DNA from: Cycas panzhihuaensis
Taxonomy: Eukaryota > Plantae > Cycadophyta
Assembly: GCA_023213395.1 (NCBI GenBank)
Contig: CM041465.1
Location: 128,843,741 to 128,907,740 of the forward strand
DNA: 64,000 nt
Direction of reading: 5' to 3'
A model generated the notes under the pieces. The model did no database searches. It was not told the origin of the DNA and saw only the letters and a program-made list of their open reading frames with translations. Below are positions 11,923 through 24,524 of the stretch, piece after piece. Position 1 is the stretch's first letter. Each line of letters starts with the position of its first letter. The position numbers and the translations under genes were made by a program.

Positions 11923-14900
11923 TGTAGTGATTCTTTTCACCAAAACTAGAATTTAGGCATAACAGAGCTCAATTCACAAATAATAAAACACAGATTATGA
12001 GCATAAGACCACAATATAGGTGAATATCTTCAAGTATAAATCAATTACAAGTACTAAATAAGTTGTCAACGGAATGCAAAATATAGGTAATAGTTCCATA
12101 AATTACTAACAACAACCCTTGTTGATCACCAATCCCTTCGAGGCAGGAATCCTCCTTAGAATTGCAGCCCTAAGGACAAAATCTATAGTAGCCCTAGAGC
12201 CGAAAATGAGGAGAAGAAAGCTTCACAAATGATGATGACGAATAACCCCCAAAGATCCCTATTTATAGGTGCTCAAACTATGGCTGAAAGAGGTCGACCA
12301 TAACATGAAGATTTGCACCTAGAATTACCTCTAGAAGTTAGCCACAATAATCACCTAGAGGTCGGCTATAACATGAAGATTTGCACCTAGAATTACCTAT
12401 AGAAGTCAGCCACAGTAATCACCTAGAGGTCAGCCAAACTCTAATGGGGTCGCCTCATGCCCCCCCGCCCCCCCCCCTCCCCCCCACCCTCCTTGAAATT
12501 GTGCTTTGCCCTCAAAGCACTGGTAAGTTTAGAAATTGCTTTATCCGTTCGTCGGTTTTCCACGTGGCGTCTTCGTCATCCAGGTTTTTCCATTTGATCA
12601 AATGTTCTTTGATTTGTTTGGATCTGAGGGATTTGCTATGGGTTTGCAAGATTCCTTCTGGTTCCAATGTCATTTTTCCTTCTTCGTTGAGCTCCGGGAT
12701 ATTGGACTGAGGTACTATTTTATCTCCAACCTTCTTTTTTAGACAGGAAACATGAAAAACGTTATGAATTTTTGCACCTTCTGGGAGTCTTAATTGATAT
12801 GCAACTTCACCTATTTTGGTAGTGATTTTGTATGGCTTGAAATACCTAGGTGCGAGCTTTTGGTTGGTTGTTTTCTGTAAAGAAACCTGTTTGTATGGCT
12901 GCAGACGTAAAAAGACCTAGTCGCCTACTTCAAATTTTCTTTCAGAGCGTTTTAAATCAGATTGTTGCTTCATTCTATTCTGTGCCGCTGCTAAATTGTT
13001 TTTCAATCTGTTGATTGTCTCTTCTACTTGCTTCTGATGTTCTTGAACTGCCTGGACCTATGATGGTTTGTTCCAGGTTAATAAGGATGGTGGTTGGTAA
13101 CCATATAGGGCCTGGAAAGGCACCATCTTCATTGAGGAGTGGTAGGTGGTGTTGTACCACCATTTTGCTAGGTGCAACCATTGGTGCCATTGATTTTGTC
13201 CATCTGAACAGAAATTCCTCAAGCATCCTTCTAGGCATTTATTCACAATTTCCGTTTGCCCATCTGTTTGTGGGTGATAGGCTTGTGCTCATCTTGAGTT
13301 TTGTACTGGCAATTTTGAATAGATCTTGCCAAAATTTACTGGTAAATTTTGGGTCTCGATTGCCTACGATTGCCCTTGGAAACCCATGTGGATGACGGAT
13401 CTCCTTCATGTATAATTCTGTAACTTTGTTGGCTTTAGCTGTTGGTTTTAACTTTTCCCTATTGTTCAACTTCCTACTTTTGTATGCTATAGGTCTTTCG
13501 TCTTGCAATAAGATGGCTCCTACACCAAAGCCCGATGCATCGCACTCCAAAATGAATGGTTTGGAAAAAATTGGAATTGCTAGGACTGGAGCTCATATCA
13601 TCGCCCCTTTTAATTCTTCAAAAACATTGTTGGTTGTTGGATTCCATGCAAATACGTCCTTCTTGCTCAGGTCCGTAAGTAGGGCCGCTATGTTGGCGTA
13701 TCCTTTTATGAATTTTTGGAGGTATCCTGCTGCTCTCAAGAAACTGCGAACTCCCGTGACGTTCTTTGGTGGTGGCCAATTTACTATGGCCTGGACCTTC
13801 TTGGGATCTACTTTGATTCCTTCTTGGGTAATTATGTGCTCGAGATATTCTAGTTCCTATTGGTCAAAAGAACACTGTTTCTTATTTGTAAAAAGTAATT
13901 TATTGGCTAAAATTTCCAAGACTAACCTAAGATGCACCAAATGCTCGCTCTAGGTTTTGTTGTAAATTAGAATGTCGTCAAAAAAGATTAGTATAAACTT
14001 CCTTAAGAATTCCTTAAATCTCGAGTTCATGGTACACTGGAATGTTGCTGGAGCGTTGGTCAGTCTGAACAGCATCACTTTGAATTCAAATAACGGTTCA
14101 TGAGTTCGGAAAGTTGTCTTGTGAACATCTTCTTCTTTTATCTGAATCTGATGGTAGCCTGACTGGAGGTCGATCTTGGAGAAATATTTTGCCCCATGTA
14201 TCTCGTCCAACAAGTCGTCTATCCTGGGCATAGGATAGCTATTCTTTATGGTTAACCTATTTAGTCCCTTGTAATCGATGCACATCTTGAACGTTCCATC
14301 CTTCTTGGGGTTGATTACCATTGGGAGTGCAAAAGGACTTCTACTACTCTGAATGTGGCCCTATGCTAGTAAGTCTCTTGTTATGTTTTCGATCTCCTTC
14401 CTCATGTGGTACAGATGCTTGTATGGCCTTATATTGACCGGTGCTACTCCTGGGACTAGATCAATAGCATGCTAGGTTTCTCTCAATGGTGCTAATCCCT
14501 TAGGCTCTTCAAAAACTTGTTTATAGTCGCCTAAAATGTGTTGGATCTCCATTCGTATTTCTTGGATTTCAACTTTGTGGCATGAGACTATGTATGTGGG
14601 AGCTTTCTTTCACATGATCTTCTCCATTCTATGGGAAGATACTAGTTGCATTGGTGGAGTATTTTGTGCCATTTATTCGGAAGCACATAATCCTAGTCAT
14701 ATAGTTGGTGACTATATTCCCTAATGTTTGTAACCATTGTTTCCCTAGAACTATATCGGCTCCTCCTATCTGCATTGCAAACATATTGGAGTTCAAAGAG
14801 TACTCACCGATTTTCAAGTTGATGTTCCTGCAAAACCCTCTGCATGGTGCTGATTTCCCATTAGCAATTGATACTTGGAAGGTCTTCAGTGGCTCCACCT

Positions 14901-16739
14901 TTAGTCCTAGTTTACGAAATTGGATGCATTGATAAAGTTATAGGTGCTCCCACTATCCACCAACACCGCTATAGGAGCTCCTTTTAGCATTCCCTCGAAT
15001 CGTAATGTCTGAGGTGTGGTACTTTATCCTGTTATAGGTTGTAGAGAGATCTGAACATTCACTGTATCGACTTCTAGCAATTCATCTACCTTAGCTTCAA
15101 TTTGTTCATTGTCATCTTCCTAGTCTGGGACTTCATTTTCTTCCACTTGCTCTCATGTCTCTAATTCTTTGTTATTTAGCATGAATACCTTTTTCCTTGG
15201 ACATTGGTGCTCTCAGTTCCACTTTCCTTTGCATTTGAAATAGGTACTTTTCCTCATATGTTCTTCTCACGTAGCAATTTCCGTCATGCTTTTGATTGCG
15301 AGAGGAGCATCTGATTTAACTCCTGACCTATTCTAGTTCGTGTTAGGTGGTGGTGCAAATTCCATTCTGCACTCATAGGTTGGCCTAGTTTCTTTGAGTT
15401 CGGCTTCGACGCATCTAACATGCTTTATGACTTCTTCCAAGGCTCCTTCTTGTTGCGCTAATACGCGGAATCTTATGGGTGCCTTGAGACTGCTTATATA
15501 AGTCTCCCTGAGGCATTCTTGGGGAATGCTTGAGGTAACTAGGCATTGGAGCATCTAAAATTGTTCTGTATATTCTCGAACTAATTCGGTCTGCTGTAGC
15601 CCTGTCAGCTGGGCGAAATAATCCATAGCCCATGAATCTTTGTATTGATTGATGGTGGCCATTCAGAAATTTCTCCATTCTAGTTGCTGCCATTCTTGTA
15701 TCTTTTTCTACCAGTAATACCAATTTAAGGCTTGTCCCTATAGATGTAGAGAGGCAATGGGGACCATATTTGTCTTTGGTATCTGGTAGATTGCGAAATA
15801 TGTTTCCAACTAGAGTAACCATGCTCTTATGTCTCGTGTCTTTTCCGGATCAAACTTTTCGAGTGCAATCTTTGTGCTTGTTGGAATCCCTTGTGACTTT
15901 ATGTTCCTCTGCTGAAATTCGAATCCTTCTTTAAACCTTCCTTCTTGGTTTTCCTAGTCTATGTTTTGATTTGAATTTTTCATGTCTTGATCTTGTTCTA
16001 TTTTAGGATGGGTTATCTCTTGCGTTTCTAACCTCAAGTTAAGGTTCTTGATATGTCGTATGAGTACCTGCATGGCAGTTGTCAACACCTCTACTATTTG
16101 TTTCTCTTATTCTGGAGATATTGGCAGTTTGCTAGGTGGTATGATCTTCCTAGATCTTAACTCCGTTTGGATCTTTTCAAAATTCTTGGGGTGGGGGGTG
16201 GGTCAAAATTTTGCTTCCCCCTGGCTGAAATATGTTCTCGAAATCCCGCTTCGGAACGAAACTTTGATACCACTTGTAGCAATTCTTTTCACCAAAACCA
16301 GAATTTAGGCTGAACAGGGCTCAATTCACAAATAATAGAACACAGATTATGAGCATAAGAGCACAATATAGGTGAATATCTTCAAATAAATCAATTACAA
16401 GTACCAAATAAGCTATCAATGGAATACAAAATATAGGTAATAGTTCTAGAAATTACTAACAACAACCCTTGCTGATCACCAATCCCTTCAAGATGGGAAT
16501 TGTCCTTAGAATTTCAGCCCTAAGGTCGAAATCTGCAACATCCCTAGAGCCGAAAATGAGGAGAAGAAAGCTTCACAAATGATGATGATGAATAACCCCC
16601 AAAGATCCTTATTTATAGGCGCTCAAACTATGGCTAAAAGAGATTGGCCAGAACATGAAGAATTGTGCCCAGAATCACCTCTAGAAGTCGGCCACAGTAA
16701 TCACCTAGAGGTCGGCCAAACTCTAATGGGGTCGCTTCA
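11923..16739 (-). mobile_element. Chromovirus-type Gypsy J with internal deletion
   Basis: LTRs 11923-12457 and 16275-16739; PBS TGGTATCAAAGT 16261-72; G-rich PPT 12458-12495; TSD AGACT/GGATT; gag, PR, RT (KIDLQSGYHQI, FFDDIL), RNase H (ECDASG), INT C-terminus, chromodomain. Confidence 0.93.
12301..12436. repeat. ~68-bp tandem duplication in the 3' LTR of J (single copy in the 5' LTR)
   Basis: taacatgaagatttgcacctagaattacc...cacctagaggtc twice. Confidence 0.85.
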
Positions 16740-17359
16740 GGATTGACTGCCCATTGTTTATGAGAAACCCTGTCCACTCTCTGTTGCATAGGACAACCGC
16801 CAATAGTTGGTGCCGCTCCTCGCAATCATGTAGTCATTTGGATTACACTATGGAGCTGCCAGATTCCTGCCATCATTTTAGAGTATTGACAACTGCCACT
16901 CTGTTTAGGAGTCATCGTATGCAGGAATCATTAGTCGATCGCTTGTCGCTGCTAGTCTAGCCACCGTCTCTGTTCTACTATCGTCCAGAAAGTTACGAAA
17001 CAACCGCCATTTTAGTGCAACTATTGTTGAAATCTCCGCTGCCAGCCGTCACCTGCAATCGAGAGAAACCCTACAGAGAGCCATGATAACTGCCACCGTC
17101 ATTCAAGCTGCCACCCATCGAGAATAGACGGTGGGACAATTTCTGCATCACCTGAAAAATTTGTTGTCGGAGAAATTTGACGCATCAAAATATATTTCGA
17201 TCGATCATATATATATAATCTAATGTTATAAATATTAGAATATATTTTAGAATATTCACTCTTTGATATATTAGACTCTTCTATATAGTTTGGTGTTTTA
17301 AGTTTTTGAAGAGTTTTAATTATCTCTTGAAGAATATTCTTTTATCAATTAAATCTTAT

Positions 17360-18100
17360 ATTTGAAGAGGATTTTATATGCTATATTTTTTTTGCATTTT
17401 ATATTCTTTAAATATATTTTGAAAAGTTTTTATTCACCTTTTAAGGAAGATTTTTTCATCGAGTATTGTAGTTTAAAGAGGAGTTTAAAATATATTTTTT
17501 GGTGGCATAAAGGTATTTCAAGAGGATTCTTATTATATATTGTATCCTCTTTTTTAAGTACATTTTTGGTGACATAAAGGGTACTTTAAGAGGTTTTTAA
17601 TACGACTTATCCTCTTTTGAAAGTACATTTGTGGCATCATTTAAAAGAATATTTCTAGAGGATTTATTTCAAGGCATTTCATTCTCTTTAGAAGTATTTC
17701 TTTTATTACTTGGGTGTGTTACTTTATAAAGACATTAAACTATTTAAAGCTTGTTATTTTGTCTTATTTTAAAGGACATTTTTGGCATTATTCAAGAGTA
17801 CTTTAAAAGGATTTTTATTGTATTTTATCCTCCTTTTTAAGTATCTCTTGGCTTCATCCAAAGAGTACTTCAAGGGAAATTTTCTCATGTACTGTATACT
17901 CTTTAGAGTATATCGTTTTCACCCTATTGTAAGAGGAATTTTCAATGTACTTTGAGAGTATTTTAAGAGGAGTTTTTTAATGTACTTTATCCTCTTTTGA
18001 TAGTATTTTAAGAGGATTTTTGTTGTACTTTATCCTCTTTTGATAATATGTCATGATGTATTTAAAAAATCTTTTGAACCTTTTTATTTATACTCTTTGA
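17360..18100. repeat. Degenerate AT-rich tandem repeat, units roughly 40-70 bp, inside E
   Basis: Recurrent AAGAGGA(T-rich)...TATCCTCTTTT...AGTA units. Confidence 0.7.
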
Positions 18101-18952
18101 GTGTAATCCACCTTGCGGTCACTGAATGATATCTGACACTCATACTTGCAATGGTTTGAACACTCATTCTCTTTCTTTTCTTCATTACAAAATTCATTAT
18201 AAGTCTATGAATTGTTGGCTATAGTTTGCTAGATTCATTGAGACTTGAAGGAAGTTTAATGTGTTGTGGAAATTCAACATTTTCCAACCTTACAAAGGCC
18301 TATGGAAGTTGTTGAAATAAAAGACAAGAAGCCAAAATGGACCAAATTGAAGGCGTTATAGAAGTGGCATTGCATGACATGACATGGCATGGTGTGGCAT
18401 GACAGGAACCTAATAACTGACAATTATTATTAGTCAGTTGTTGATGAGTTAATTATCCATCTTGATTGAAAATTGCTTGCATGTGATGTGTGAAAACTCT
18501 CATGAATTTATTAGAGTCTTGATACTTGCTTTACTCTTGAAAAATGTCTATCCTATATCTCTCTTCATTTACATAAATTGAAGGAAACGAGTGAATTATG
18601 TTGCTAAAATTGTAGAGTATATTACTCTTAACAACCTGTATATGATTATTTGACTTTTGTAATAAGGTAGACTACCTCAAATTCTTTCCATTTGTTGGGT
18701 TGGGTAGTTTATTGCTGCAACTTATTATGTTATGGTTATGATAGTGGCAGTGTTGTAGTGTTAATGAAAACAGCTAACAATTCTATAAAGTAAAAATTAC
18801 ATGGAATAACAATTGTATGCCAATATAATGACATTTGGAGAAGCAAGATCAAGGGTGTGGTATTCACGCAATGATGATCACAACTAGCATGTACTGCATG
18901 AGGATGATGAAATCCTCTTTGGTAGCTTTGTACAAGCAGCTACAAAGGCATA

Positions 18953-19270
18953 TTCAACAATAGGATGTGGATGACACTTAGTTTTGGTTGATCCAAATCA
19001 ACAATAAGATGTACATTGACCACTTAGTACTGGTTGAGCCTAATCAACAACAGGATGTGCATAGTCACTTAGTTCTGGTTGATTTCTTGCAGCAGTAACA
19101 ATCTAATCAACAACAGGTTGTGCATGGACACTTAATTCTGGTTAATTTCTTGTAGCAGTAAAAGCCTAATCAACAACAGGATGTGCATTAACACTTTGTT
19201 TTGGTTGATTATAATCAACAACATGATGTGTATTGACACTTAGTTCTGGTTGATCTCTTGGAATAGTAAG
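18953..19270. repeat. Six-unit 44-63 bp tandem array inside E
   Basis: Core ATCAACAACAGGATGTGCAT...CACTTAGTTCTGGTTGA six times. Confidence 0.88.
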
Positions 19271-19638
19271 AAACAGTTGACAGTTTCTTTGTCTTCCATG
19301 GAGGCAGTATACAAAGCAATAGTTATAGTATCCTTGAAGTTGTTTTTGGCTTAATGGACTTTTTAACCACATGTGACTTGTTTAGTTGTTCTACGACAAC
19401 CAGGGTGTCTTCCAGCTATTGAAGAATTGGGTTTCCATGGTAGATTCAAACTTGTGGAAGAAGACCAAGACCATCATTCTGTTTGACAACAAATGGAGTA
19501 TGGCACAGTTGAGTTGATGTATTGTCCCTCAAAGATCAAGATGTTGATTTTCTCACCTAGACTTTGGGTTGTGAGAAGTTTGAGAAAGTAAGGACACTAA
19601 TGTTTATGAAAGGAAATGAACTTAACATTTTGGGAGGG

Positions 19639-20035
19639 TGTTGGAAATAATGTACATTCCCATCTCATGTTCATTTAAGTTCATTTCATCTCATGTAATT
19701 AAAATATTTGCTCATATGGAATATTTTTAGTGAGAGAATATTCTTAGTCAAAGTCATTTAATATGGTGGTTAGTAGGAGTAAAAAATGGTTGAAACATTA
19801 AATATGGTAGTTGATAGCCTACCATAATTTGAGAGAGTAGTTAATTAACCATTATGATATGGTTAGAACTAATTCCTATCTTTAGTATATATGTAATCTA
19901 TATATTATGTACTCTATTATGTTTGATAATAAGATTGTTGGAGAGTTGTGAAACATTGATGTATTGTCATCTCTTACAGTTTTCTTACATGTGCTTTATG
20001 TCATTTCTCCTCCTCTTATCCACTTTCTTCGTACA
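19639..20035 (+). repeat. 3' LTR of E
   Basis: Aligns with 11324-11720. Confidence 0.93.
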
Positions 20036-20040
20036 TCCCA

Positions 20041-22357
20041 TCCCTCCCCCCGCCCAAGGGACAGAACTAAGATCAAGAAAAAGTCTCATCTGCAACAAGA
20101 TGTGAACTACCAACCAATAATAACAGAAGAAGAAGGAAGTAGGATAGAAGAAGTACTATCCCACTTGTTGTCAGATCTTATCACTTCCATGAAAAGCATT
20201 TAGGCTTTGTTCGAAACATTAAATAAGAGGTTGGATCTATAGGAGGGAGAGTCATCAGCAGAGAAACACCAAGACATGGAAGAAATCAACAAAGAATTCC
20301 CAGATCAAGATAACTAGAGGAACAAACAACAAAAGAATTTAAAGAGATTTAGGGGTTTTATTTACGAACGATGGAATTAGAAGAGTTTCCAATTAGATCA
20401 GGGTCTTAGGGGAACCAATTTCACATTAGGAAATTTTGATCTAGAAAGATCGAGGAACATCTGGAGTTGGTTATTACAAATGGAAACATACTTCCAAGCG
20501 TATGAACTATTACATAAGGAAAAGATATCAACAACATCTCTACACTTGTATGGAAGAACATTAGAATGGTTTTATTGGTGGCAAAAGAACAATTTGGGCC
20601 ATCCAAAATCATGAGACTATCTTAAGGCAGGACTAATAAAACAGTACGAAGATTCTTAGAACATTGACTATTTAACTCAATTAACAAGATTATAACAAAA
20701 TGAAATAGTCCAAGAATACATCGAGCAATTCCAGATGCTTCAATGTCTAATACCAGAATGAACACCAATTGAACACATTTTGGAGACATACATTAGTGAA
20801 TTAAAGGGAACAATCAAATTTCGCATCAAGAATATGAATCACTTAAATATTTATGAGGCAATCTGATATGCGAAGAATGTAGAAGTAGAATTCAGAGAGA
20901 ATAGGTCTATCTATAAGTGCAAAACTAAATCATACCAACAACAGGGACCCAATCCAAATGGGACCAGATCAGGGACAAAGGTAGACCCACTAGTGGCAAT
21001 AAAAGACACGAACGAAACAAGCAGAGTCGATCATCTCAAAAAGGGGACCTGTTTCAAATGTGGAGGGCAATGGAATAAGGAACACCAATGTTTGACGAAG
21101 AAGGTATTTATGATCAATAATGACAAAGTAGAAATACCAAATGAAGAATAAGAATAAGTAAACCAGATCCAAGAGAAGGGAGTAGACCTAGATGAACTTT
21201 TAGAAGTCAATATTGGGAATGTCCAAATTTTGCTACAAGCCATAATGGGACAAAGTGTTACACACCAAACCCTTAAGTTCCAAGAGATGATCAAAGGAGC
21301 TCCAGTCACCATACTTGTGGATAGTAGCAACACTCACAAGTTCATTAATAGGGCCACAACAAAGAAGTTAGGATTAAAAATACAATCTTTGAATACATTT
21401 CAAGTATCCATAGCAAATAGAAAAACCACTCCTTGTGGAGGCTGTTGTTAGAAGGTGAATCTCCAAATCAGAGACTATTGAATAAATACATGTATGTTTG
21501 CGATGCCTATAGGAGGAGTAGACATAGTCTTGGGAATTCAGTGGTCATAGACCTTTGGTAATATAGTTACCAACTATATGACCCGATTCATATGCTTCCA
21601 TCAAAAAGGGCGCAAATACAGACTACAGGCACCGCCCACACCCCTAGTACAACTAATATCTTCGCATCTCATGGAAGAGATATTAAAGAAGAATCCATCT
21701 ACATACATATTAACTTGTTACAGGATAATTATAGAAGATGTACCAACTAAGGTACAAAAGATCATAGATGAGGATAGAGGAGTATTCAAAGAACCACAAG
21801 GGCTTCCCTCACAAGGGGATTGTTAGCATTCCATTGAGCTAGTACCTGGAGCAGCCCCGGTAAATATCTAGCTCTACAAACACCCTTATCATCTGAAGAG
21901 ATAAATTGAAAATATCATAAGGGAAATACTAAGTCAAGGTTACATTGCAATTAGTTCAAGCCCATTTGTATCACTGGTCATAGTCAATCCTAAAAAAGAT
22001 GGATCATATTGGATGTGTGTAGATTACCAAGGTGAACAAATTAATGATGAAGAATCGTTATCCTATTCCACAAATAGATGATTTATTAGATGAAATACAC
22101 AAAGCATGGAATTTCTTAAAAATTGACTTATGATCAGGGTATTATCGGATTTGCATCAGAGAGAAAGAAGGGAAGATTATCTTTGAACCACATGGGATTT
22201 TATAGATAAGAACAAAAGAACTACAGTCCAAAAAGATCAAAGAATACCTCACTAAGTTGCAAACTTTAGATTTAGATGACACAATGTAGGAATTAGAAGA
22301 ATGGGTACAATAGCATCCAAATTTACCCATTCTTTGAGGGCAAAGAATGTTTTGAAG
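20041..22357 (+). pseudogene. D gag-PR-truncated RT-chromodomain remnant
   Basis: CFKCGGQWNKEHQC, ILVDSSNTHKFI (PR), KIDL*SGYY (RT) then EPHGIL...KEYL (chromodomain-like). Confidence 0.85.
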
Positions 22358-22367
22358 TGGAGGGACT

Positions 22368-22993
22368 TGTATCATCCCAAAATATGGTCAAAATTATACC
22401 ATGTGTACATTCAAATCGAAGGTCTTTGAACTAAGATTCCAATTGTTTAGACAAAAGTCAATCCTGACATCTATAACAAAAGTTATGATCGTTTGAAGAT
22501 TTCAGCTTGCTAGTTTTAGGGAGAGTTCTAGCCAACTTCTAGTCTTGGTTTTGTGTGGTTTTATACCCCTTTTCTAGCCGACTTATATTAGTATCTTTGG
22601 TTGCCTATTTAACAAGGATTTGGGGCTTCATTTGGGCATCTCAGAGCCGAGTTTGGATTGCTATAAATTCGACCTTAAGGCTGCTTTTACTCGCTCTTAC
22701 GACTACACTATATGGAGGGAGCCTCTCCTCGAAGAGGGTAGCTATAGTAAGAGCATTTGGCATCTATATCATCCAGTTTTCAATCCTTCTCTAAAGATAC
22801 GCATTGTTGCCCTTGCAACTAGATTTTAGCTGTATTTTGGAAGCATTATTTTCCTTGTTCTAGCGCTTTTCATCTCCAATCTGTGTCAGGAGGTCCGATG
22901 CGTGTGATCAGAGCACTTCATAGTTCCAACAAAGTTGTTACTTTCAAAGGATTTTCCTAGGAGATTCCATGACAAGCAAAAGTTGTCGCTTCA
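22368..22993 (+). repeat. 3' LTR of D
   Basis: Aligns with 10652-11279; follows PPT. Confidence 0.93.
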
Positions 22994-24524
22994 GGTATGA
23001 TAGAAATAATGACTCCAAGTGCTCCTAGGTAGGCTACAGGATGTCCATTCGTGTTTGCATGTTTGAACATGTTTCCTTGGGCAGTCACGTACATAGAATG
23101 ATGGGATATTGTATTGTTTGGGAGGATCAAACCTAATCTTGAAAGCGGTTTGTAGGTCCTTCCAATTCTGAAAAGTGGCTTAGTGGGCTAAATACCAATA
23201 CCATGTTGGCCCTCTCAGTGTTAGCACCAAATCTAATTCCCACTTGACTTTATTTATTATTCCTTCTTCCAACCAATACTCTATACAATGTATCAAGTGA
23301 GTAGTTCCATATAGTTGTTGTCTAAAGAATGGCTTAATATAATCTCTAATATATATTCCACAATCCTTTTCTTCTGGAATGACTACTCTATTTCCTAGAC
23401 CAGAGTCTCTAAGGACACTTCTAGTTGGTTCTTCTTCATTTTCTTCAAGTTTGGTTCCAAATTATGTCTTATTTGAAGAAGACCTTTCGCTCGGTGGGTG
23501 TATGTCTAAAGAAGATGAGGAAGGTTCATTACTACCTTCCTCTGGTTGGGATTGGGATGGGGAGGGGCATTCTACCTGGGGACCCACACTGGAGGTAGAG
23601 GGAAGATTAGGATTGGAAAAGGTTTGGGTATTGGAAAAGGGATTGGATTAAGAGAAGGGTTGTGGTCTAGGGTTTGAATTACATTAACATTGATTATATT
23701 ATCCAGTTTATTTTCTACACTATTGCCTACACTATTATGGGAACTCATATAATCAAAAGAATTAGAATTTATATTAATGTTATCAATTATAGAGTGGGAA
23801 AGTCGGTTGCACTGATAGGATGGAGGGTTAACCTCATAGGCATCCTACAACCAATAATCCACAAGTTGTACTTTCATCATCCGAAGAGTTGCAAATTTCT
23901 CCAAAATAGTTTGGCTCATTTTCTTGGGAGTTAATCAACTACATTGGTTCCTCTGTTGTGTAAAACAAATTGGTTTCTGCAAAGGATGATGTTGTCTCTT
24001 CATTGGCAATTGTCATGCTTGAGGCATCATTTGGTACCACCTCAATTTAATTCTTGCCCAACATTGGGAGGACTATCTCACTTCCTCCGTTTGAAAGCAT
24101 AAATGTCACATTCCTCCAACTTTGAAGACATTATGTTTTATATAGCTATGGTTGTCCCAATCGTGTTGGATAGGATATGACTCCCTTTTTAGTATCAACG
24201 ATTGTGAAATCAATTCTCACTGCAATATCTGGTACATCCACTTTTATATTTGACAACTTTCACAGTGGTCTTATTAACAAGTCATTTGCCAATTTTAACG
24301 AGCTTGTAGTCGCTTCCAATTTGGGGCTTCCTAGCTTTTGCCAGGTTGTAGTGGCCAGCACATTCACAGTTGCTCATCTGTCCATAATCACCTTCGAGAA
24401 TCTTTCTCCTAGTACTGTAATCGTGACCCTTGGATTTGGGTCAAATGAAGGCATTATCTTTTTCAAGCTTTTTGGAACTTCACATTGTTGTAATATCCCT
24501 AATTTAATCCATTAAATCACTTGA
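22994..24524 (-). pseudogene. Gypsy C protease and PR-RT spacer with two Gag-like repeats
   Basis: Minus-strand translation VIMDR*ATVNVL...LKLAND...LGQP (PR) and TLRGPTWYWY...WKDLQTAFKIRF. Confidence 0.8.
24384..24524. repeat. Left copy of 141-bp target duplication flanking F
   Basis: Identical to 29660-29800 except 24475 G vs 29751 A. Confidence 0.93.

Larger units (their letters stand above)
11324..20035 (+). mobile_element. Non-autonomous LTR element E (LARD-like, no recognisable pol), hosting J
   Basis: 397-bp LTRs 11324-11720 and 19639-20035; PBS TGGTATCAGAGCC 11721-33; PPT tgggaggg 19631-38; degenerate TSD TTTCA/TCCCA; ~3.1 kb internal region without retroelement domains. Confidence 0.9.
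10652..22993 (+). mobile_element. Chromovirus-type Gypsy D, internally deleted, hosting E
   Basis: LTRs 10652-11279 and 22368-22993; PBS TGGTATCGGAGC 11282-11293; PPT ~22354-22367; perfect TSD GGTAT (10647-51/22994-98); gag-PR-partial RT fused to chromodomain. Confidence 0.95.

Noticed and set aside
18540-18800. Possible gag N-terminal relic in E
   Set aside because: Only a weak NYVA-like motif; not supportable without a profile search
18953-19270. CRISPR-like repeat array
   Set aside because: Eukaryotic retroelement context, spacers short and similar to one another, no cas genes
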